Shown in pieces: positions 39,288-51,794 of a stretch of DNA of 64,000 bases (positions within the stretch are counted from its first letter, which is position 1; each line of letters starts with the position of its first letter). Below the pieces are notes generated by a model that saw nothing but the letters and a program-made list of their open reading frames with translations, had not been told where the DNA came from and made no database searches. The position numbers and the translations under genes are program-made. The stretch lies in contig OX597826.1 of assembly GCA_951406725.2 (NCBI GenBank), positions 2,728,001-2,792,000 on the forward strand. The letters are read 5' to 3'. This DNA comes from Octopus vulgaris (lineage: Eukaryota).

Positions 39288-41618
39288 TTATTGCTTATTT
39301 AGCTTGGGTTCGAATTTATCAATAAAATTCTTTTCTCTGATTTTCCTCTCGATTTCACTTGGGCTGTGTAATTTGTAGAATGGAAATATTATATATATTT
39401 TCCGACCACATGTTGCTAGGTGGTTACTCAAAGGTATCTGACGGACCTCTGGGTCTCTAATCTGTTGCCGGTGTACACGTGAGCGTTCTAATAGTGCGTT
39501 TCCCGTCTGACCTACATATATTTCTTCACAATTTGGGCATTTGATGCAGTAAATTAAATTTCTGCTTTTGCAGTTCATATTCGCGTTTGTGAATATTTTC
39601 CCGGTTTTTGTGTTTATATATTGACCGGTATGTATGAATTGGCATGTGCCACATCGGCTATCATTGCATTTAGATACCGTGAATGTTTGGTCTTTGTTGC
39701 TGAGGTCAAATTTTGCCTTTGTTAGTAATGTTTTCAAGTTTTTAGGCTGTCTTTTACTAAGCACCATAGCTCGATCCTTGATTATGTCTTTTAATTCATT
39801 ACTTTGGGCAATGATTGGTAGGTTTGCTTTGGCAATGTTGAAGATATTCTGGTGACATGGGTTGTGTGTCACTATGAATGGTATGACTTGTTCTTGTTTT
39901 CCTCTTCCTTGGGTTGTCCTAAGTTGTTGTATAGGTATTTTTATAGCCCGCTGTATGCCATTTTCTATAAGTAGAGATGGGTATTTTTGTTTGAGCAAAA
40001 ATTCTCTTAGTTCTATTAGGCGTTTGTTCCTGATATTTGCATCTTCTACAATAGTACAAATTCTTCTGGCTAGGCAGTATGGGATGTTACGTTTTGTATG
40101 TGGTGGATGGCACGACTTAAAATTTAGGTATTGATGTGTGTCTGTGTGTTTATAGTATATATCTGTGGTGATGGTGGTGTATTTTTTAATTACCATTATA
40201 TCCAGGAATGGTAATTCGGTACTACTCATCTCCTTTGTAAATTTGAGAGATGGGTGTAGGTTGTTCAGGAGGATATTGAACTCTTCCAGAGTATTTAGAG
40301 ATTCTGTCCAGATTATGAAACAGTCGTCTAGGTATCTCTTCCATGCCTTTTCAATATACTTTCTAAATCCAGTGCCATAGTTTACCTCCACCTCTTGGTA
40401 GAGTTGTTCTTCTAAGTATCCCATTACAGAGTTGGCGTAAACGGGAGCAAACCTCGTTCCCATCGCCGTGCCTCTAATTTGGATGTAATTCTTTCCATTG
40501 AAGAAGAATGTGTTATTTTCTAGAATAAGTTTGACTGTGTCTAATATAAATGGCACTGTGAATCTGCTGGGAATCACTTCTCTATGTTTTTCTAACCAGT
40601 ATTTAATCGCCTTTATTCCTAAATCGTGTGGAATATTGGTGTAGAGGCTTACCACATCAAAACTTAGTAAAACTGAATTTGTTTCTGTTGTTTTGGGAAG
40701 ATGGGACAGGAAGTCGATGTCATCCCTGATGAAACTTGGTATGTAAGTACATAGTGGTTTCAAAACAATGTCAATAAAATTGCTTAGACGGTGTGTAGGG
40801 CATGCTGGACCAGCTATAATAGGTCTAAGTTTTAGGTCTTTTGGATGTAATAATTTTATGTACTCACTTTCTTGTTCTTTTACTGCCTGTTGAATGTTTT
40901 TTGATTTGTGTATTTTTGGTAAGCCGTAGAAGTTGCTGGGTTTTGGTTCAAAATTGGTGATGTAGTCTTTTTCATTATCCGTAAGTGAGTTGTGGTGTGT
41001 TGAAATCAGGTTGTTGATCTTTTTCATGATGTGGTGGTCTATATTTGCGGGTATTTCACAATAGAAGGTTGTATCCTTCAGTTGGTCTTCAACCAAATCC
41101 TTATAGTATTCGGTATCCATAATAACAATTGCCCCACCTTTATCTGCTTGTTTAATTATTGTTTGATCGTTTTGTATACGTTTACATGCAGACATCTCTG
41201 ATTTGCTAATGTTTGGCCTAACATTGGTATTGCGTCTAAGGGGAAATTTAGACAGGATATCAATGTATTGGTCAAGGTAGTTATTTCTTCCTTTTGGTGG
41301 GGTGAAATTTGATTTATTCCTTACTAGGGATTCATCAATCTCATTACTTTTGTTAGCGAAGAATTCTACAAGTCGTAATTTTCGACAGAATTTTTGGATA
41401 TCCTCCTTTAATTCTTGGTGGTTGGCTGTTGGTGTAGGTGTGAATTTCAGTCCTTTTGACAGAAGTTGGATTTCATCATTGTCAAGATCTCTTTTTGATA
41501 AATTAATTATTTTAGGATCTATACGTTCAGTTGTTTGGGGTATGTTTCCTCTTGGATTTTTCTTTCTCCGGTGTTTGTTGTCCTGACGTAAAAAAATGGA
41601 TTTTTTTCTGGTTATGAT
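39288..41618 (-). CDS. Penelope-like reverse transcriptase + C-terminal GIY-YIG endonuclease (stop-free frame of 776 codons; first ATG at 41195 gives 635 aa)
   Basis: Motifs [16 protein letters not shown] (my manual upstream translation), [57 protein letters not shown] linker, [25 protein letters not shown]. Confidence 0.95.
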   Translation of the reverse strand: MITRKKSIFLRQDNKHRRKKNPRGNIPQTTERIDPKIINLSKRDLDNDEIQLLSKGLKFTPTPTANHQELKEDIQKFCRKLRLVEFFANKSNEIDESLVRNKSNFTPPKGRNNYLDQYIDILSKFPLRRNTNVRPNISKSEMSACKRIQNDQTIIKQADKGGAIVIMDTEYYKDLVEDQLKDTTFYCEIPANIDHHIMKKINNLISTHHNSLTDNEKDYITNFEPKPSNFYGLPKIHKSKNIQQAVKEQESEYIKLLHPKDLKLRPIIAGPACPTHRLSNFIDIVLKPLCTYIPSFIRDDIDFLSHLPKTTETNSVLLSFDVVSLYTNIPHDLGIKAIKYWLEKHREVIPSRFTVPFILDTVKLILENNTFFFNGKNYIQIRGTAMGTRFAPVYANSVMGYLEEQLYQEVEVNYGTGFRKYIEKAWKRYLDDCFIIWTESLNTLEEFNILLNNLHPSLKFTKEMSSTELPFLDIMVIKKYTTITTDIYYKHTDTHQYLNFKSCHPPHTKRNIPYCLARRICTIVEDANIRNKRLIELREFLLKQKYPSLLIENGIQRAIKIPIQQLRTTQGRGKQEQVIPFIVTHNPCHQNIFNIAKANLPIIAQSNELKDIIKDRAMVLSKRQPKNLKTLLTKAKFDLSNKDQTFTVSKCNDSRCGTCQFIHTGQYINTKTGKIFTNANMNCKSRNLIYCIKCPNCEEIYVGQTGNALLERSRVHRQQIRDPEVRQIPLSNHLATCGRKIYIIFPFYKLHSPSEIERKIREKNFIDKFEPKLNKQ

Positions 41619-42011
41619 TTATATTCCTGTTGATGTTTGCTTGATGAATTTTGCGTTTTGGTTGTGGTACTTTACTTGGTTTCGTTATGTTTTCTGTCTT
41701 GTTTTTGGTATTATGTATGCTACTTTTCAATTTCTTGTTAGCATTGTTTTTAACCACCTGGAGAAATGATCTGGGTTTACTTCTAGATCTAGATCGGTTT
41801 TTTGTCCAGTTTCTTGTGGGTAATCTCTGTTGAGGTCTTGAAAATGATCTCCTGTTATTTCTACTGCTAATGGTCTGTTCAAAACAATATCTATTTTGTT
41901 TGTGCTTTTTGTTCATGTTGTGTGCATTAGGGTGTTTGCATACAAAATGGGAAGAGTTCTTACCGTAGTTCGTCTTCGATTCGTGGTGAAACGGGTGTTC
42001 ATGTTGCCACG
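41527..42011 (-). CDS. Basic, R/S/K/N-rich N-terminal segment of the Penelope element (different frame, 5'-truncated)
   Basis: Non-microsatellite part of ORF 41527-42222 ([16 protein letters not shown]...QKKIHFF) overlaps the RT frame at a T7 run. Confidence 0.55.
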
Positions 42012-42016
42012 TATAT

Positions 42017-42109
<93 letters not shown>

Positions 42110-42118
42110 TATACATAC

Positions 42119-42153
<35 letters not shown>

Positions 42154-42254
42154 TATATATACATATACATACATACATACATATATATAAATGTATATAT
42201 ATATATATATATATATATACACTTTATTTCAAAGCAGCAGAAATTCAACAAAAC

Positions 42255-42292
42255 CTGTTACTCGGAGTTTCACGTTCCCTTTCGTCGGACAG
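42255..42292 (-). ncRNA. Hammerhead fold (C4 variant) of a second, different Penelope-terminal unit
   Basis: Minus strand ctgt-CCGACGA-aag ggaa cgt-GAA-act ccg agt-A-acag; stem I ctgt/acag, GUA triplet, weak stem II with a GNRA loop. Confidence 0.6.
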
Positions 42293-42944
42293 TTATTATA
42301 TATATATATATAATGAAGATAATAAAAGCAAATAGAGAAAAATATATAATATATACTTGGTTCACTTTATTTGGGGTCGTAACAACGGAAAGTAATGCTA
42401 ATTAAAAGTGGTGCCTATATGAATAACGATAAAAGAAACCGGATCAACAAACAACCAAGATATATCCGGAAAAAAAACATGAACTCCGCGTCCTAATAAA
42501 TTGTTGTTTACAGTTGAAAAATTCAAAACACAGTCCTCAAATTAGATATTTCGTAATTCAAGACCGGAAACTATACTCACTTTTCCCTGAAGATACTCGG
42601 CAATATATGGTTTCTTACATCTATAATCATTTGAATGTTGAGGATTCAAATATACTGTCGGATTCAAACAGGTGTAGGATTTGTTCCAGTATGTCTTCGA
42701 TGCTTTGTCCATTCGGTTTCTTTTGTCCTTATTCCTATAGGTTTTACTTTGCATTATTTTCAATTGTGATACAAGTAAAATTAACCAGATATCTATTATA
42801 TTTTTTCTTCTCTATTTTCTTTTATTAGATTTATAATTTATTATACTGTTTATACATATATATTGAGGAACTTTCAATATATTTAATATAGCCAGTTGGC
42901 ATCTGTTTTGTTATCAACAATCACTTACGAGGAAATTCCATCCT

Positions 42945-42982
<38 letters not shown>

Positions 42983-42985
<3 letters not shown>

Positions 42986-44114
42986 GGGTTGGACAACATT
43001 AAGGAAACACCTCGCATCATAACATCATAATTTTGAAATATCCATAAACACGTCAAAATTTGTTTATCTTTATGTTTTTTTATTTATTATTAGTGTTACT
43101 TAATATGTTTAGCTAAAATTGATGTGTTTTTACTCATAAATTAAAATTCATTAAAATGACAGATGTATCAGACTTTCAAAGATGTCAAATTGTTGGTGCT
43201 CCTATGGCAGGCGCTAGCATAACGAAAACAGCCGAAATATTTGGTGTATCAAGACGTACTGTCTCGAATGTAATGATAGCCTTTGAAAAACGTCCTTGTC
43301 GAAACAAAACTCCGGAAGTAAACCAAAACTTTCAGATAGAGACCGTCGGACTCTTCAGCGAATTGTTATAAAGGATCACAAAAGTACAGCTCCCAATACT
43401 TCTGCATTATTTTCAAGAACAAACTTTGCAAAGCGTTTGTGGTGGAGTAAAACCCTACAGAATTGGTCCCTAGAGCAGTGGAATGATGTTATTTTCTCGG
43501 ACGAGCCATCCTTTATCCTATTTCCGCCCACCGGACGAATATACGTGTTATCATTTAACCCAGACTGGATTCTTCTAATTGTTAAACATGGAGGAGGATC
43601 TGTGATGATCTGGGTGCTATATCTTGGAAATCCGCCGGCCCAATGGTTTCCCCTCATGGCAGAACTAATAGTCAAGACTATTTAAGCATTTTATCTGATC
43701 AAATTCATCCTATGGTTGCGGAACTGTTTCCAAAGGGAAATGCTATCTTTCAGGATGATAATGCACCAATTCACACAGAAAAAGTTGTTACAGAATGGCA
43801 CGAGGAACATTCTAGTGAAGTTGAAAATCTTATCTGGACCAAAGAGTCCCCAGATCTCAATATTATTGAACATTTATGGTGCGGTTTAGAAAAAAAAGTA
43901 AGGAATCTTCCACCATCATCACTACAAGACATGGGGTCTGTGTTGGCAGAAGAATATTTTAACTGAAGAATTCCTTTGGAAACAATTGAAACTTTGTGCG
44001 AGTCCCTACCTCGTAGAATTCCAGCTTTAATTACTGCCAAATGCGGTCCTACCCCGTACTGAAATAATTTTGTTTGAAATTTTAAGGTGGTTCCATCATT
44101 TTGTCTAATCCCTG
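42983..44114 (+). mobile_element. Decayed Tc1-family transposon with DD36E spacing, both TIRs
   Basis: TIRs caggggttggacaacattaaggaaacacct / aggtggttccatcattttgtctaatccctg, TA-flanked. Transposase pieces SDFQRCQIVGA, VIFSDE, KHGGGSVMIW, FQDDNAPIH...SPDLNIIEHLW in three frames. Confidence 0.93.
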
Positions 44115-44128
44115 TATATATATATATG

Positions 44129-44195
<67 letters not shown>

Positions 44196-45055
44196 GTAGA
44201 AAGCCACTGTGTGTGCATCTTTGTGTCTGTGTTTGTCCTCATGATCACCGCCTGAAAACCGGTTTTGGTGTGTTTACGTTCCCGTAATATTTGTGATTCG
44301 GTAAAAGAGACCAATAGAACATTACTAGGCTTTAAAAATACGTCCTGGTTTCGATCTGTTTGACTAAAACCCTTTAAGCGCTGCTACAGCATGACCGCAG
44401 TCAAATGACTGCAACAAGTAAGAAAGTACAAGAATAAGATAAATTTACAATGCAGTCGCCATCGCCAAACCCAGAAACATGACTGGCCGGGAACATAAAA
44501 AAATCGGATTCCTTTACTCGAGCCTTCCATTTCCTACACCTTAAAACTGATTCTTAATTTCGTAACATTCCGGTTTCTATTCGTTTTTCAGGATTGAAAT
44601 AATTTCAAGTATAAAAGTTTGATGCATTATCTTTAATAATAGTTTCAAATGAAATAAAACTATATTCACATTTAGTTAAATCTATGTTCTTCGTTAATTT
44701 GTTTGAATTAGATAGATGTCGTTTACACACTTAAATTAGGAAATATTCTGTTAAGTATGTATCTATAATACAGTGCATTAGCTGCTGGACTGCTGTAAAC
44801 GTATTAAATAACAATTACATTTCTTACATGAAAGATAAGTTTTCAAGAGAAATCCAATAGTGTTCTAATACACCGAATATGATTTCTTTAAGTATAATTC
44901 TTCATTTCGAACAATTTGAAACTACATTAAAGGCTGAGTATTTTGCTTAAGATAGATAAAGATTGATAGATAGTGAATAAGCTTGCTAGCTAGATTGATA
45001 CGCAGACGCATTCACACACATGTATACATACAAATACATATTTACAAATATACAT

Positions 45056-45131
<76 letters not shown>

Positions 45132-45274
45132 CATATACACATATACATATAGAAATACATGCATATATATGCATATATATGTATATATATATATATATAT
45201 ATATGAGCTTATAGAAATACATATAGAAATACATGCATATATATGCATATATATGTATATATATATATATATAT

Positions 45275-45327
45275 GAGCTTCCTGAAGATTTCTCTTGAAT
45301 GAAACAGTTCTAGTCCTGTAGAAGCTC
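45275..45327 (+). ncRNA. Canonical type-I hammerhead ribozyme fold, stand-alone in (TA)n
   Basis: gagcttc-CTGAAGA-t ttc tctt gaa t-GAA-acag ttctagtc ctgt-A-gaagctc: perfect 7-bp stem I, 3-bp stem II, 4-bp stem III, GUA triplet (cleavage after 45320). Confidence 0.85.
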
Positions 45328-45331
45328 CTTC

Positions 45332-45371
<40 letters not shown>

Positions 45372-45420
45372 ATACATATATATATATATATATGTATGTG
45401 TATATATACATATATATATG

Positions 45421-45507
<87 letters not shown>

Positions 45508-45939
45508 AAGGGAAAGAAAGTAGATAGGTTGAAAGTTGATAGAGAGATATGGGTGGGATATATATCATTATATCTCAAAGTGTATATCCCTTTGTTGTGG
45601 ATAAAAGCTACTTCAATAGAAGATAAATTGTGTAGTCATCATTAATGCTAATCTGTGAAGTGATTGGTAGAATATAATAATGATGTAAAATGTATGAAAA
45701 TAAGAACCGATTGCAGATATTTCTGATACAGCGTGCAGAAATACAACAGACCACATAAAATGTATTTAGCAGTAGTGGTAGGTGTAATTAATTTGTTTAA
45801 GAGAGGAAACTCGACTTTGATACGGAGACGAAAATTGTTCTTTTTAGTGAGGATCATGATTACGTTTCGCTCCTCATCGTCTCTGAACTGGCGGATATTA
45901 AATGAAATGTATTCATTTGTTCCCAGTAATAATCCATTT

Positions 45940-47300
45940 TACCATAGTCACAAGCGAGGAATTTGCGAGGAGTTGTCCCTACGAGTACATTAATCCCAAC
46001 ACTCAACTGGTGCATATTTTATCGGCCTCAAAATGGTGAAAGGCAAAGCCGATCTCCTCAAAGAGTGAACTAAGCATTTCTCTGGCGTATTATCAATTCT
46101 GCCAACTCACCGCTTATATGTTCCGTAATATTGGTTTTGAAGGCTGTGAGGTAGCAGAACCGTTTGCTTAGCGAAATGCTTAGCGGTATTTCGTCTGCCG
46201 TTACGTTCTGAGTTCAAATTCCGCTGAGGTCGACTTTGCCTTTCATCCTTTCAGGATCGATAAATTAAGTACCAGTTACGCACTGGGGTCGATATAATCG
46301 ACTTAATCTGTTTGTCTGTCCTTGTTTGTCCTCTGTGTGTTTAGCCCCTTGTGGGTAGTAAAGAAATAGGTATGTTGTCTGTCTTTACGTTCTGAGTTCA
46401 AATTCGTCCGAGGTCGACTTAGCCTTTCATCCTTTGCTGGTCGATAAATTAAGTACCAGTTGCGTACTGGGTCGATCTAATCTCTTCCCTCAATATTTCT
46501 GGCCTTGTGCCTAGATTAGAAAAAGGATATTGGCTTTAAAGGCGGCGACCTGACAGAAACGTTAGCACGGCGAGCGAAATGCTTAGCGGTAATTTGTCTG
46601 TCTTTAAGTTCTGAGTTCAAATTCCTCCGAGGTCGACTTAGCCTTTCATTCTTTCGTGGTCGATGAATTAAGTACCAGTTACGCACTGGGGTCGATACAA
46701 TCGATTTAATGCCTTTGTCTGTCTTTGTTTGTCCTGTCTATATTTAGCCTCTTGTGGGTAGTAAAGAAATAAAGAAATAAGAAACGTTAGCACGCCGAGC
46801 GAAATACTTGGCAGTATTTTGTCTGTCTTTACGTTCTGAGTTCAATTCCTCCGAGATCGACTTAGCCTTTCATCCATTCGGGGTCGATAATTTAAACACC
46901 AGTTGCGCACTGAGGTCGATCTAATCGACTGGGCTCTTCCCTCAAAATTTCGGGCATTGTGCCTAGAGTAGAGAAGTATATTGGTTTTAAATGTTGGCAC
47001 GAGACCAGCAATTTTGGGGCAGGTGTCAATGTATTATATTTGAACACAAAACGTAAAGTTGAAAGAAATGCCTATAAACATTTTTTCCAGGACGGTAACG
47101 ATTTCACCAGTAATATTGGTTTCAAATGTTGGTACAAGACGAACGATGTTTTGAGATTGGATAAGTCGGTTACATCGACCACAGTACTTAACTGGTACTT
47201 ATTACCGACTCCGAAAGGGAGAATGTAAAGTCGACTGCGGCGGAATTTCAACTCATAATGTAAAGACGGTCAAAATGCGGCGAAGCGTTTTCTCCGTCTC
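45940..47300. mobile_element. Cluster of SINE family B units (four tandem plus-strand cores at 46137-46980, flanked by minus-strand relics)
   Basis: gttctgagttcaa...gcctttcat...gtcgat core repeated near 46200, 46390, 46610 and 46830. Confidence 0.88.
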
Positions 47301-47939
47301 CAGCTGGCCGCTTTTCTGTTCAGTAATATAAAACATCGGACAATATCATGTTCTGTTTACTCAAGTATTCTTGGAAAAATTGGCCTTGTCTAGTATATTA
47401 CAGCCACGTATAATCTGCCTTATTGTTTCTTTTGGTAAATGATATTACTTATGAAATGTGGGGTAATAATCATTCGCCATCACAGATGTAATCTTTAATA
47501 AGTAAACTAATCTCATGTAATATACGCTATAGAAATCGGAAACCTATTGCCTTGTTTATTATCACTTAGCTAATCCATGTTGTAAGAAATATTGCACATT
47601 CTATTTCAAATCTGACTTCATAGTTTATTTCATAACTCCTCAACCAAGTGTTTTTTTTTTCTATCCAACACACAACCTCGTAAGTCTTTAACGGCGAAAT
47701 TAAATTTCATAGTTATTCCAGTGATGATATTGTAACTATGTATGATGCTATTTAATTCCAGTGATGATGCTATATCTATGTATTACAGAATATAATTATA
47801 TTTTCTGCACGTCCCGTGGCCTCTTTAAATTTGACTTGTCTCAACACAAAATATTTTCAACCATGCTAACCTGCAACAAAAAATAGATTGGAGCATAAAA
47901 TTGCTTTCCAAATTTGAGCGAACCTTTATCTTTTATCTG

Positions 47940-48240
47940 TTTTCATTCTTTTACTTGTTTCAGTCATTAAACTTCGGCCATACTGGGGCACCAGCTTCAA
48001 TTTCTAGTAGAATATATCGTACACATCCATATATATATATATGTGTGTGTGTGTACGAATATATATATATATATTCATACACACTCACACACACGCACAC
48101 ATATATACGCCGGGCTTCTTTCAGTTTCTGCCTACCAAATCCACTCACAAGGCTTTGGTCGGTCTGAGGATATAGTAGACGAAACTTGCCCAAGGTCCCA
48201 CACAGTAGGACTGAACCCGAAACCATGTCAGTGAGAAGCA
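47940..48240 (-). mobile_element. SINE family A, internally deleted
   Basis: Reverse-complement head and 3' end present. Confidence 0.8.
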
Positions 48241-48351
48241 TTATTATTACGGAAATCTCAAGTGGGTAGACCTGATGTTTTTTGCAAAATGTTTTAAGCA
48301 CAAACCAACCCAAATTCATGTTTCATTTTGATGTTGCTATACTAGAATATG

Positions 48352-48660
48352 TGGATGGCACAATGGCCCGGTGGTTAGGGCAGCGGACTCGCGGTTCGCG
48401 GTTTCGATTCCCAGACTGGGCGTTGTGTGTGCTTATTGAGTGAAAACACCTAAAGCTCCATGAGGCTCCGGCAGGGGTGGTGGCGACCCCTGTTGTACTC
48501 TTTCGCCCCAACTTTCGCTCACGCTTTCTTCCTATTTCTTGAGTAACGCTGCGATGGACTGGAGTCCCGTTCAGCTGGGGGGGGGGACACAAACGCCATA
48601 GAAACCGGAAAACCGTGCCCATGAGCCTGGCTAGGCTTGAAAAGGGCGCATAAATAAAAA
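48352..48660 (+). mobile_element. SINE with head C and V-like tail shared with family D
   Basis: tRNA-like head ggcacaatggcccggtggttag...gtttcgattcc; 3' gagtaacgctgcgatggactgg...cccatgagcctggctagg matches family D. Confidence 0.8.
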
Positions 48661-49264
48661 AAATATTAGAACATATATGGAAGTCATATTTACCTTGCTG
48701 TATCTTTACACTAAAAGTGGTTTACGCATCCGGAAGCGAACTTAAAACTTCAACACGAAGGCGGATATACAGTGTTTACGTTTAACTGCCGCATACTGCA
48801 TCTATTTAAATTTCAACACATAAAAAGAAACACCACTTCGATAAAATATTTTAAACAACAACCATTTAAAATATATATTTACACTAAAAATAAGAATCTT
48901 CGACAACAACAAAATAAATGTTTGTCTAATTAACTGGAAAAAAATATAGTCATTATTTGTTCCTACCCTCGAGGCTAATTATGTGCTGTAATTAGCAGCA
49001 ATCTGATCTTCATAATCGCAAGCTCTTTGCCATCGAAACTGATATTTTCTTTGATGAACAATATGAGGTATCAAGGGAAAGTGAAAATGAATCTAAATAA
49101 ATATTCTAAACATGACTTACAATATTTCCGAAAGTAATAATGCGAAATCTTTAAGAAATACCAATAATAGTGACGTGGGATTATCTATTTCCATTATTCC
49201 TCACGGAATAAATTATATTAATTTAATATTATAAACCAAGGACACGCACACAAATTAATCTACG

Positions 49265-49337
<73 letters not shown>

Positions 49338-49359
49338 CAACAACAACAACGATAATATT

Positions 49360-49403
<44 letters not shown>
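49265..49403 (+). repeat. (AAT)n/(AAC)n microsatellite
   Basis: Directly visible. Confidence 0.97.
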
Positions 49404-49405
<2 letters not shown>

Positions 49406-49845
49406 TAAATATGTAAAATATAGGCATAACATGCGCAGGTAAAAAGCAATGTTTTGAGTACTCAATACGAATTGTAGTGTAAATATTTCTCATTGTAAAT
49501 ACAAAGGATTTAATTTCACAATTCCATTTTGATTTTATAGAAAATAATATGGAATTTCTATATGACCAGTTGCGCCTAAGACTAATTTTGATATAGGTGA
49601 TGTTTGGATGGGACACATCGTAGAATTATTAAGGAATTGAATTGGAGAAGATTAGGCATAGGAACACACATACGCACACACGAGCGCAAACACTGATAGT
49701 TCTGGTAAATTTCAGCTGTTTCCTTTTAAGGCACATAAAACAGAAACATTTTTTCTGTTCGATTTATTTCTAATTGGAAATTCCGCACGTGTCTATTTTT
49801 GCTGTCAATTAGGAAATTAAATACGTGTAGACTGTGTGGCAAGGA

Positions 49846-50252
49846 GCAGGAGTGGGCGTGTAGCAAGTAGCTTCCGTGCCCACCTCATGGTACCGGGTTC
49901 AGTCCTACTGCGTGACACCTAGCGCAAGTGTCTTCTACAATAGTCTCGTGCCGACCAAAGTCTTGCAAGTGGATTTGGCAGGCGGAACTGAAAGAAACCC
50001 GTGGTATATATGTATATATATATATATATATATGTGTATGTGTGTGTGTGTGTGTATTTGTGAGTCTGTGTCTGTCCCCACCATCATCACCTGACAACCG
50101 ATGTTTGTGTGTCCCGTAAACATGTTACCGAACCGCTAAGCAACTTAGCGGTTCGGTAAAAAGAGTGCAATGGAATAAGTCCTGGGGTCGATGTATTCGA
50201 CGAAAGGCGGTGCTCCTATATGGCCGCAGTCAAATGACTGAAAGGAATAAAA

Positions 50253-50255
<3 letters not shown>
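49846..50255 (+). mobile_element. SINE family A with an internal inverted duplication
   Basis: Homolog of 5715-6116; hairpin at 50125-50159. Confidence 0.85.
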
Positions 50256-50302
<47 letters not shown>

Positions 50303-50319
50303 CTCCGTCCATTTATACT

Positions 50320-50354
<35 letters not shown>

Positions 50355-50954
50355 GTTTATATATATATATATACACATATATAAGTATATGACTATATAT
50401 ACATTATGCATATATGTATATGATTATATATATACATATATATATATATATCAATAATATTAATACGCAAACTTTTTGTGTTTGTGTGTACCTGTTGTGT
50501 GCGTCACACATCAAAGAAGTAGCAAAACGAGAGAGAGTAGGACATACAGGAAGTTAGAGAGAGTGAGAGAGAGAGAGAGTAAAAGAGGCAGTGAGTGGCG
50601 ACGGCGTTCGTTTTGTGTTTTTAAATGTTTATATCATCGCAAGAGAAATAGATACATAGGTACCTATACACATTGTTAAATCAGAAGCTGTAGAGAAGAG
50701 GGACACAAAGGAAGAGAGACAGTAGATACATAGATCCAAAGATACATACACCCAGCAAATATTGACTGCCCTTTTTAGCATGTAAGAAGTCCACATAGTG
50801 GTCTTCTCTGCTTCTATAAAATTTTATATACTCTTATATTGTAAAAATCTTTTTGTCTTCTGACTTTCATTACGCATGCTAACCACTGGGAATAATAAAT
50901 TATTTCAATAATTTATTACCCTTTTAAATATACATACATACATACATACACACA

Positions 50955-51026
<72 letters not shown>

Positions 51027-51329
51027 TGTTGAAATGGAAAGATGAATTATCTTGTTACGGATTATTCAAAAGTTTAACCGATACCTGGGTAGCAAAAATC
51101 ACAGCAGAAAAAACACGGTTGGAGATATGACCATATGGTGTTGCAACCGTGCGTTGGTGCGGATAATTGAAGTTTAATATAATTATTATATTAATTATAT
51201 ATACTAATTATTATACTAATTATTGTTTGGCATCCTTTCTGTCTCGGGAGACAATGGAGTTGCGCATTTTTTTTTTTTTTTTTTTTTTCTAGGTCTAGTC
51301 CGGCTGTTATATTTTAATAATATAAAAAC

Positions 51330-51371
<42 letters not shown>

Positions 51372-51794
51372 TGAATTTAAAGGACTATTGTATTAAAAAA
51401 AATAAAAACTCTTTCTTTATCATATGAAAGGTTGGCTGCAATGTCCCCATATGATTTCTCTGGACTGAAATATTTATAATTGACAAAACAAGTATTATAT
51501 TGAGAATCCATTTTATATTAAATTTCCATCTGCAAACACATTCCTTTCAAACATATGCATCAAACCGTTCATAGGACGTGGGAGCTTAATCAGATTTAAA
51601 ATACCTTGGGTACAGCAGGTTGGTCAGTTGATAATATATACTGAATATGACGCAGTGACAGGTGCCAATCGTAAAAGGGGTCAACGGGGTACAACCGGCC
51701 TTCGAAGATAAACATCTGTCATACCCACTGATGATGAGGTGACAATGGATATTTTCAGCAATATATGGGAGAAAAAGTAGGGCGTTAACAGTGT

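Larger units (their letters stand above)
38617..42011 (-). mobile_element. Penelope-like retroelement (Naiad-type), 5'-truncated, inserted in (TA)n
   Basis: RT + GIY-YIG ORF, about 670-bp 3' terminal region containing a hammerhead fold, (TA)n on both sides. Confidence 0.93.

Noticed and set aside
39288-41618. Selenoprotein-type Naiad (in-frame UGA + SECIS)
   Set aside because: The frame contains no TGA; the conserved cysteines are encoded normally.
46137-46980. CRISPR-like repeat-spacer array
   Set aside because: The repeats are about 200-bp SINE units with homologous spacers in eukaryotic DNA; no cas genes.
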